Origin: Corallochytrium limacisporum Hawaii
Lineage: Eukaryota > Protista > Pluriformea
Reading direction: 5' to 3'
Assembly: GCA_002811645.1 (NCBI GenBank)
Contig: PDIP01000013.1
Span: 19,742-83,741 of the forward strand
Length of the DNA: 64,000 nt
Every line of letters begins with the position of its first letter. Within the stretch, counting starts at the first letter, position 1. A program made the translations under genes and the position numbers. The notes under the pieces were generated by a model. The model saw nothing but the letters and a program-made list of their open reading frames with translations, ran no database searches and was not told the DNA's origin. Positions 55,266 through 64,000 of this stretch are shown here, piece by piece.

Positions 55266-55707
55266 ACTGTCCTCCAAGTAATCCACTACGACATGGTGTC
55301 TCCTATTAGTGCCCTGCTCATAAAGCGCGACAGTAGCATCGTCAGAGAATGTCCATAGTTCTACACAAAAACCAGTACTATGTGATTCGCTCAAATTGCC
55401 AACGCCACTCAAGCCTAAAGTAGCAACACGGTTCACAGCACAGCAATCCAAGTGACCCGAACCGCGGCCCTGTGCCTCTCCGCCGGGACCCGAGACCACA
55501 CAGCAACAGCGGCCCTCCTCTCCAATTTTTATGAGTATATCAAACTAAGACCTCAAGTCACTTATACAACGCATTAGTGTCTCCAAATTTGAAGAATCAC
55601 TGCAAAATATACTGACGCCGTGAAATCTCCTGGCTGAGTTTGTGCACAGTGTGCGAACCCCTGCCCGCTCTCCCTGTGGTTCCAATCCCTTGCAATGCGC
55701 AAAACTT

Positions 55708-55739
55708 CCCCCCCCCCCCCGCGGGGGGGGGGGGGGGGG
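55708..55739. repeat. C13-GC-G17 inverted homopolymer repeat, the longest copy of a recurring intergenic motif
   Basis: Read directly; lies between the divergent channel and eIF3f genes. Confidence 0.9.
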
Positions 55740-56717
55740 CACAAAAGCAGGCAATGGAAACGCGGGTGGGCTGCCGGCTGGTGCCATAGCAAAAGTACCG
55801 CCAGCCACAAGGTAGGTAGGTGGGAGGGGGGGATGCTGCCACCTCGGTCAGCAGTTCGTGATGGTTGGGGAAGGGGCCGGGAGGGGTCCCGATAAGGACC
55901 GTAGAGTTTAGGGCTTGCCGTTTTGGCCCCGTTCTCTTTATAAACCATGGAGAAAAAATTGGATACATTGAATATAGATATGCCTATCTTCCATGACCAT
56001 GAGAGGTGTCCACTAACAAAACAAAACCGGGAAGGGAAAAATTTGCACCCCACTCCCCCACCCTCCTCAACTGCACTACGTGACCTCTCTTGCGTTTGGG
56101 GCTGAATCTTCCTCATGTTGATTCATCACGCATCTTCAGTACATTCAGTTCGGAGTCTTGAAATATGTCCCACAATGCGGTACATTTTCTATTGGGAGAG
56201 CAGGAGGTCCCCGGGGGGGGGGTGTTGGTAATGCGGGGCCTGGGGCCCGAAACGGAGCCAGGGCGAGGGAGAGAGAGAGCAAGGAAATTTGCGGGAGGTG
56301 GCTGTTTGTTGCCCCTTGGGCTACCCCATGTGGTGTGCCTTAGGGGCCCGTTGGGCGTTCGTGGAGATTCCCCCGGTCGCCTCCTCCTTGCTGGCTGCGT
56401 GCGTGAGTGTGCGCTAGTGTGCGCGACTGGAGCGTTGTCCACTCCTGTGGCTGCAAAAAGGGGTTATTACGACATTTTGATATTCTCTTTGGAAACCGTG
56501 AAAGGGTCTGGCAATTGACAATACAAGGTACGCCACCATAGGGCAAACTGTGTAAGTAGTTTCCCTGCGTCGTAATTTCGTAACCAAAGCTATTTCAACA
56601 ATCTATTCAGTCCGTTTTGCAAAAATTCATAAATGCGAAGCAATTACCTACGACGAATCCCGGGTCGAATTAAGGAAGCGGCACAAGTTTCCGACTTTGA
56701 AACAGAATAGGGTAATC

Positions 56718-57596
56718 ATGAACGGGTCTGAGAACGACGGTCCCGCCGACACGGCTTTGTACCTAAACGACTCGCAGCTCTACCCCCGGGTCCAGATTCA
56801 CCCTGTTGTGCTGAGCAGCATTCTCGATCATTACATTCGCCGCCAGGAAACACAGAACCGCGTTATTGGTACTATTTTGGGCGAGGTGCTTCCTACCGGT
56901 GTTGTTGAGGTCACAAACTGCTTTCCTGTTCCCCACAATGAAACTGCCGAACAGGTCAGCGTTGACCTTGAATTCCACCGTACCATGTTCGATTTGAGCA
57001 CAAAGAGCAACCCCAAAGAAGTGATCGTCGGTTGGTACGCCACGGGCATGGACATCACCGAGCACAGTATCCTGATTAACGAATTCTACGAGGCTGAGTG
57101 CAACCGTCCTGTCCACTTGACCGTCGATGTCACTCTCACCAACGACGAAATGGCTATCAAGGCCTACTGTTCGTCGAGCATTGGTACCCCCGACAATTCA
57201 ACAGGGACCATCTTTATTCCCCTCAGCACCTCTCTGATCTGCTACGACGCTGAACGTGTCGCCATCGATACTTTGCAGCGTGGAAAGATGCCCAAGAGCA
57301 GCAAGTTTGACATCATGACAGACATGGACCATCTGGAGAGCTCGCTCATCAGCCTGCGCGACAATGTCATCCAAGCCCAGAAGTACTGCCAGGATGTAGT
57401 GGACGGCAACCAGAAGGGTGATCCCCGGATAGGAAAGCAGCTGCTCGACGTCATGAACGTCGTTCCCAAGCTGGATACCAAGGAGTTTGAGCGCCTCTTC
57501 AACGGCAACCTCCAGGATTTGCTGCTTGTGGTTTACCTCAGCAACCTGTGCCGTCAACAACTCAACCTAGGCGACCGTCTGAAGATGGTCATCTAG
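56718..57596 (+). CDS. EIF3F: Eukaryotic translation initiation factor 3 subunit F (MPN domain)
   Basis: IHPVVLSSILDHYIRR, RVIGTILG, NCFPVPHNE, EVIVGWYATG, FNGNLQDLLLVVYLSNL. Confidence 0.96.
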   Translation: MNGSENDGPADTALYLNDSQLYPRVQIHPVVLSSILDHYIRRQETQNRVIGTILGEVLPTGVVEVTNCFPVPHNETAEQVSVDLEFHRTMFDLSTKSNPKEVIVGWYATGMDITEHSILINEFYEAECNRPVHLTVDVTLTNDEMAIKAYCSSSIGTPDNSTGTIFIPLSTSLICYDAERVAIDTLQRGKMPKSSKFDIMTDMDHLESSLISLRDNVIQAQKYCQDVVDGNQKGDPRIGKQLLDVMNVVPKLDTKEFERLFNGNLQDLLLVVYLSNLCRQQLNLGDRLKMVI

Positions 57597-59011
57597 AGTG
57601 GGCTCCTCCCTTGTTCTTCATTGCATGTGTAAGTATCAAATACAAAGTACATAATCCTCATTCTTTGCATCGTACCACTCCAGCCCATGTCTTTATGTGT
57701 CAATAACAACACCCGCAATAGTCTGCGGCCATCAGATCGTCTAAGGCCCATTTCTTAGTCTACCCTACCCGTGCACGAATCCGACCCGTACCCAAACTAC
57801 CGAGGTGTCCCTCACTCGGTCCAATCGACCAGGCCTTATGCTGGGCATATTCATGGGACACGTACCTCCGGAAAATCAAAATCAAGAATCAGCTCCACTA
57901 CCCTCCTGCCAAGGGAGGCGGGGGGACCGGTGGGAGGAGGGGCCCAGTGCTCCTGCCCCTCTTGGCTTGCTGCCTCCTCGGGGGGTGAGCGCTGCTCTTC
58001 TCTCTCCTCTCTTCCGCCCCTGAGACTCTCTCAGTGAGCAGAACCAAAACAAAAACAAAACTCAAAAAGAATTGGAAAAATTGGAAGCAGAACTGGCTTT
58101 TTTTATACCCTTCGTTTTGGGATAAACACACGTCTGCTCTTATCCTTTCTTTTTCTTTTTTGTTTTTGCTTTTTTTATTTATTTTCATTCTTCGGGCCTG
58201 CACAGGCTGGCTGTGTTTCCGTTCGGAATGGAACGTCTCTCCCGTCGGGACTCGATCACTCTGTCTCGTGTCCTCGGGCGGCACTTGCCTGGGCTCTCGG
58301 TGGGGTGAGTCAGAGAGACCAAGAGTCTCGTTTGTTTCCTTCGGGCGAGACGGTTTGAAAAGGAGGGGGGGGGTGGGTTCGGTTGGGTGTGTTCTCACGA
58401 AACCGGGCGTAGAGAGGAGCACCCGTGGCTGTTCTGCTCCGCTCTCTCCCCGTTTAACCCACTCACCTCTCTGTGCCTTTTGGTCCCGGGCTGTTGTGCC
58501 CGGCGGACGGACGACTGTTTTCTTTGGGTGAGTTGGCAGTACCGTGCTCGGAGCGACTGTGTGTTTGGGGGGAAGGGGGTGAGTATTCGGACCGCCGCCA
58601 GTGGCTCGCTTTGGGTACGGCCGGTCGGACCAGCCTTTGTTGAATACATCGCTTCTGACGCAACGCCATCACCCTTTGGGTCTGTCTTTTTTCCGGAGTG
58701 GGTTGGAATCTCTTTGGTGGTTCACAAAGAGTAAAGATATTAGGGAATTTTGAGGGAAACCTGTTCCCAACATGAATGAGAATGATTCATAGAGTTCCAG
58801 ACCCATTTGTTTTGTAAGAAGTATTAAGAGGGGTAACGCTTGCCATCGGTTATCACCGGGGTCATTATTTCTGGACGCATACTTTGTAAACCTGACTTCA
58901 AAGGAATACGGAATTATTTAACCCGCGGGAGAGTCTAAACGGACGTTTTAGGCTGAATTTCTGTATCATAAACACCTGTACTTTGCCAGACACTATTAGC
59001 AAGGCAACAAG

Positions 59012-60130
59012 ATGACATCCGTCTCGCCATTTTTCGGGTCCAAGGCCGATGACAACATCATGACATACACCGAGTACGTCTTCAATGAAGACAACGGTTA
59101 CAGTGAAGGCGTTGTTCGGGGGCACCGCAGCGAGTTCTTACGTCAGGGAGACTACCACAACCTGACCCAATGCAAGTCTTTGGATGACATCAAGCTGCAC
59201 CTGGCAACCACTGGCTACGGCAATTTCCTGCAGAATGAGCCTTCCCCTCTGGCTGTCACTACGATTTCCGACAAGCTGACTGAGAAACTGGTCAAGGACT
59301 TCAATTACCTTCGCAACCAAGCCTGTGAGCCCCTGAGCACTTTCATGGATTTCATTACCTACGGATACATGATTGACAACGTCATCCTGCTGATCACAGG
59401 CACCCTGCACGAGCGGGATATTAACGAACTCGTGCCTAAGTGCCACCCTCTGGGTATGTTTGAAAGCATGGCTACTCTTAGCATTGCCTCCACTCCTGAG
59501 GAGCTCTACGATAGTGTTATTGTCGATACTCCTTTGGCTCCGTTCTTCCGCGACTGCATTTCCCAGCAAGATTTGAATGAGCTTAATATCGAGATTATCC
59601 GCAACAGTGTCTACCGTCGCTACCTCGAGGAATTTTTCGCATTCTGCCAGCAGTGCGGTGACATTACCGCGGACGTAATGGGAAGAATCCTATCGTTCGA
59701 GGCTGACCGTCGCGCCTTTGTGATTACCATCAACTCCTTTGGCACCGAATTGACGAAGGACCAGCGCACTAAGCTCTATCCCCGCTGTGGTCGCCTGTAT
59801 CCGTTCGGTCTTGCCAAGTTGGCTCAAGCTGACGACTATGAACAGGTGAAAGCGGTGGCTGATGCGATCCCTGAGTACCGCGGGCTGTTCGAGGGAGTCG
59901 GCACTGGTGCCAACGACAAGACCCTGGAGGACCGATTCTTTGAGTATGAGGTCGCGCTGAACTGCGATGCATTCATGCATCAGTTCCACTATGGAATCTA
60001 CTACGCCTTTATCCGTTTGAGGGAGCAGGAAGCACGCAACATTGTCTGGATTAGCGAATGCATTGCCCAGAACCATCGCGCCAAGATTGACAACTACGTT
60101 GAATTGTTCAGCGGTGCTACGTCAAACTAA
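59012..60130 (+). CDS. ATP6V0D1: V-type ATPase V0 subunit d (Vma6)
   Basis: [61 protein letters not shown]. Alternative ATG at 59060. Confidence 0.97.
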   Translation: MTSVSPFFGSKADDNIMTYTEYVFNEDNGYSEGVVRGHRSEFLRQGDYHNLTQCKSLDDIKLHLATTGYGNFLQNEPSPLAVTTISDKLTEKLVKDFNYLRNQACEPLSTFMDFITYGYMIDNVILLITGTLHERDINELVPKCHPLGMFESMATLSIASTPEELYDSVIVDTPLAPFFRDCISQQDLNELNIEIIRNSVYRRYLEEFFAFCQQCGDITADVMGRILSFEADRRAFVITINSFGTELTKDQRTKLYPRCGRLYPFGLAKLAQADDYEQVKAVADAIPEYRGLFEGVGTGANDKTLEDRFFEYEVALNCDAFMHQFHYGIYYAFIRLREQEARNIVWISECIAQNHRAKIDNYVELFSGATSN

Positions 60131-60357
60131 CGGAAGAATTAGGCGACCACTTCCTCACAAACAACTAACAGAACACAAGATCATCATCATCATCATGACC
60201 AAAATCATCTCTCGCTAATGGTAAAACGGGAGAATTAAATCAAAAACGAAAGTAAACTTTTCTTACGTGTGTATTTACAGATTACTACCGTGGTAGAAAG
60301 GAATTTGAAAACCAAGGAACCAGGCAGACAGGGAAATCATCCTCTGAATTCTCCCGC

Positions 60358-62181
60358 TCAGTTGTCAGTGACACAGCCACCAGAGGCGTTGCCAACGTTC
60401 TTAATGTATTTCCACAGCGTGCCGCGTCGTACCTTGTACGGAGGCTGGACCCAGTTCTTGCGGCGCTCGGCCATTTCCTCGTCGCTGATCTTCACGTCAA
60501 TCTGGCGCGTCTCGGCGTCAATGACGACGGAATCTCCATTCTCGACAAGGGCAATTGGACCCCCTTCAATGGCCTCGGGTGTGACGTGACCGATGATAAA
60601 GCCGTGGGAACCACCGCTGAACCGGCCATCGGTGACCATGGCCACATCGTTACCGAGACCCGCACCCATAATTGCAGAGGTCGGGGTCAGCATCTCGGGC
60701 ATGCCGGGACCACCCTTGGGTCCTTCGTAGCGGATAAAGACAACAGACTGCTTGTGGATCTCGTTGCGTTCCAGGGCATGGAGCATGTCCTCCTCGGAAT
60801 CATAGACCAGGGCCTTGCCCTCAAAGCGCAGACCTTCCTTGCCAGTGATCTTAGCCACGGCACCTTCAGGGGCGAGGTTACCACGGAGGATGGTGATGTG
60901 TCCGGACGGTTTCAGGGGCTTCTCCAGGGGGACAATAATGTCCTGGCCGTCCGTCAAGCCAGGCAAGTCCTTGACATTCTCAGCCAGGGTCTTGCCAGTT
61001 ACGGTTAGGCAGTCTCCCTTGAGTAGACCCTTCTCCAGCAGGTACTTCTGGACAGCGGGAATACCGCCAACGCTATGCAGGTCCTCCATGACATACTTGC
61101 CGGAGGGCTTGAGGTCGGCAATGAAGGGTGTCTTGTCAGCAATGCGCTGGAAGTCATCAATAGTAAGGTCTACGTCCACAGCGTGGGCCATGGCGAGCAG
61201 GTGCAGAACAGCGTTAGTGCTGCCACCGAGGGCCATGGTGATGACAATCGCGTTTTCAAACGCATCTTTACTCATGATATCGCGCGGCTTGATATCCTTT
61301 TCAATCAACAGCTTCATGGCCTCGCCGATTCGAGTGGTCTCGCCCTGCTTGCTGGGGTCGGTGGCGGGACTGGACGAAGAGTATGGCAGGCTCATGCCCA
61401 GGGTCTCAATCGCAGTGGCCATGGTGTTGGCCGTGTACATGCCTCCACAGGCACCTGGTCCAGGGCATGCGTGCCGCACAATGTCCTGGCGTTCCTCTTC
61501 GGTGATGCGACCAGCAATGTACTCACCGTAGCTCTGGAAGGCGCTGACGATGTCGAGCGGCTCCTTCTTCAGCGCACCGCATCCAGCACGGATGGTGCCA
61601 CCGTACAGCATGATGGCGGGGCGGTTTAGGCGTCCCATGGCAATCACACAGCCCGGCATGTTCTTGTCACAACCCGGAATAGCCACCAGACCATCGTACC
61701 ACTGACCACCCATAATGGTCTCAATGGAATCCGCGATGATGTCGCGGGACTGCAGGCTAAAGCTCATCCCTGGAGTGCCCATGGAGATACCATCACTGAC
61801 ACCAATGGTGTTGAAGCGCATGCCGACCATGCCCGACTTCTGGACGCCCTCCTTGATCTTTTGGCTCAGGTCCAGCAGGTGCATGTTGCACGGGTTTCCT
61901 TCAAACCAGACGCTGGCAATACCAATCTGCGGCTTCTGGAAGTCGTCAGACTTCATGCCGGTGGCGTAGAGCATGGCCTGGCTGGCACCCTGGCTCTTAG
62001 GCTGGGTAATCTTGCGTGAGTACCTGTTGGCTGCCCCATCCTTGTCCGCGCCAACCAGATCCTCAATGTCAGTCGTGTAGTGTCTGAACGCACAGCTCAT
62101 GACTGCTTTTGTGGTTGTGTGCTTCACTGGACCGTTAACAACGCTGGAGGAACGCAGGATAGCAGCGCTCAATGACCACAT
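60358..62181 (-). CDS. ILV3: Mitochondrial dihydroxy-acid dehydratase (branched-chain amino acid synthesis)
   Basis: [63 protein letters not shown]. The presequence begins at ATG 62181. Confidence 0.97.
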   Translation of the reverse strand: MWSLSAAILRSSSVVNGPVKHTTTKAVMSCAFRHYTTDIEDLVGADKDGAANRYSRKITQPKSQGASQAMLYATGMKSDDFQKPQIGIASVWFEGNPCNMHLLDLSQKIKEGVQKSGMVGMRFNTIGVSDGISMGTPGMSFSLQSRDIIADSIETIMGGQWYDGLVAIPGCDKNMPGCVIAMGRLNRPAIMLYGGTIRAGCGALKKEPLDIVSAFQSYGEYIAGRITEEERQDIVRHACPGPGACGGMYTANTMATAIETLGMSLPYSSSSPATDPSKQGETTRIGEAMKLLIEKDIKPRDIMSKDAFENAIVITMALGGSTNAVLHLLAMAHAVDVDLTIDDFQRIADKTPFIADLKPSGKYVMEDLHSVGGIPAVQKYLLEKGLLKGDCLTVTGKTLAENVKDLPGLTDGQDIIVPLEKPLKPSGHITILRGNLAPEGAVAKITGKEGLRFEGKALVYDSEEDMLHALERNEIHKQSVVFIRYEGPKGGPGMPEMLTPTSAIMGAGLGNDVAMVTDGRFSGGSHGFIIGHVTPEAIEGGPIALVENGDSVVIDAETRQIDVKISDEEMAERRKNWVQPPYKVRRGTLWKYIKNVGNASGGCVTDN

Positions 62182-64000
62182 TCTTCTATCAATCCGTTTG
62201 CTGTCAGCAGCTACGGAGAACTTCGGATAATACCGTTTCGGTAGATCCGAAGTTTCTTTGAACTCAAGTATGGAAAGGTAGTTTGCAACTGGCAAAACGC
62301 ACCTATAGAAAAAAGGAAACAGAATGGGACATATTTTATCACGGATTCAACCATCATTTCTAAATACCTAACTCCGCCGCTCCATTCCATCATCGCAGTC
62401 AGCAACCAAGCATATCCATCACCACCCATTCCCCGCTCACCAACCCCCCCCCCTTCTTGCCAAAACCCTGGGTCCCCCTACCTCGACGGGGCTTTCCATT
62501 TTTAAACACAAGAATAAAACACGGACTGCCAATTACCCAACAATCGAACGAGGAGGAGAGGAGAACCCCCCCCTTCGGGGAGGCCCCGCCCTGACGGGCA
62601 AAGGGAGGGCCGGAGCGCTGGATTCCAAGAAGTGACATTCCTTTCTTCGGGCCGTGAATAAAGTGATGGGCCGAAAAAATGTAAACACAACGGCGCAACA
62701 CACACACGCACACCCCAGCACGGGACTGGAAATGATTTGTTGAGTGGTCATCAGTTGGCATCGCTTGACATACAGTGTCTTGTATATTGGCAGGGTGCCT
62801 TCTTCGGTACCAATGGTCCTGAGTGTCACAATTCCTGCGCTTGATGATGAAAGATCAGTGGTCCGCCGGGAACCGACTCGACTCGACTCGCTCAAGGTTT
62901 AAACTCGCATGCAGCCTTGTCCTTATCCGTTTCCACATGGTATTGGACTAAAACTTCCCTTGCCCCTTGGATTCACCGAGCCATCGGCTAGAGTTTTGTG
63001 TGCGATAGGCAGGGCCCCCACGCGTACGCAACAACAATAAATAGAAACTAAAGTCTGTACTCGGACCGAGAAAGGACAACAACAGCCGCAGCAGTGGTAC
63101 TCTATGGTGGGGTGGTGGGTGGCGAGGACGGCGGGGTTGGAACCTCCTCGGTTCGGAAAGCGACCGACACCGGTGATCAAACAAAAACAAATTTGTGTAA
63201 ATGCTTGACAGTCCATAGACCTCCGTCAGCAAAGCGTGAAGAGCAAGTGCCCTAGGATTCCACGGGTGCCCACTCCCTACTCGACATGGCTCTGATGACA
63301 AAGAGTTCCAGCGACCAAGCTGGGATCCAACACAAGAGTCCACAAACGCAAACGTAATACCATGGGTGCCCCACTTGTAGCATATGGCGTTGGTGTGTAG
63401 CTGTAGGAATGGTCTGAAGGAATTGTCCTTGCTACTGCATGCCAGAGGAATCCGAAGATGCCCTGGGCATGTCTAGATCCCCCAACTTCCAATCCGAACG
63501 CGCCCAGAGCTGCTGATGGTGTACCGGTCACTTCACCCAGCGCCTTACATGGCTTTGATCGATTCATCCGTAATCAATACTCATGCGGTGCCAGGAAGTA
63601 TGGGCAAGGCTAGGCGGACGGACCGGGTACTGAGTGGGTGCTGTCCAACCAACTCGGAGAGGTCGGTACCCGGAAAAGCATCGCGCGTACAATTAGTACT
63701 GGGCAGGTCCAGGTTGGTCCCGGGTATCTCCCGCGGTGAATGTATGTGGCCCGTCATCCAACCCCCGCCATGTGCGAACCGAGAGCAGCAGCAGCAAAGG
63801 AACAAAAGCGAAACCCCCCCCCCTCGGTCACTCTCTTTCTCTCTCTCTCTCACTCTCTCTCTCTCTCTCCCTTGCTCTCCCTCCCCCGGGGGGCTCCCCA
63901 CACGGCCAAAGAAAATACCAGCTTTTCTGCCGTTTTTGTCTTGAAACATATTCAATTCAGATCTCACACTGTGTGTGAAGGGGGAGTGTGCTTGGGCTGG

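Noticed and set aside
62182-62295. N-terminal extensions from TTG/GTG starts in the ORF track (Ilv3, PIP5K, DKC1, CDK7, IF3, OCD, channel, eIF3f)
   Set aside because: This is eukaryotic sequence; the first in-frame ATG matches the expected protein start or presequence.
1-64000. tRNA, rRNA, CRISPR arrays, transposase/RT ORFs, LTRs or terminal inverted repeats
   Set aside because: None was recognisable by eye. tRNAscan-SE, cmscan and a repeat-library search would be needed to exclude short or degenerate copies.

Overview
Gene-dense, intron-poor eukaryotic genomic DNA with one 312-nt assembly gap. It holds 22 supportable protein-coding genes: PIP5K, TBC1D10-like RabGAP, importin-7, GT92-like protein, twin GST-N protein, dyskerin, CDK7, Gbp2-like RRM protein, Sec5/EXOC2, RPL18A, mitochondrial IF3, ERGIC3/Erv46, PWP1, ChrR-like cupin, LipB/LIPT2, ornithine cyclodeaminase/mu-crystallin, Ras, glutaminase, SK-type channel, eIF3f, V-ATPase d and Ilv3. 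Of these, 21 have intronless CDS; only RPL18A has a coding-region intron. Animal-type features (IPT-domain Sec5, KCNN-type channel, GLS-type N-terminus) occur together with Ilv3, which animals lack. This points to an intron-poor unicellular holozoan; Corallochytrium is a plausible guess, by inference only. The most notable observations are: (1) an SK/KCNN channel whose K+ filter GYG is replaced by TAWPGDPFD; (2) a glutaminase whose ankyrin tail is swapped for a TerB-like domain; (3) a decayed relic resembling the flagellar gene CFAP44; (4) a C-run/G-run palindrome recurring in most larger intergenic regions; (5) canonical intron signals surviving outside coding sequence; (6) a 10.8-kb stretch with no recognisable gene. 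All homology calls come from motifs recalled by eye; no search was run.
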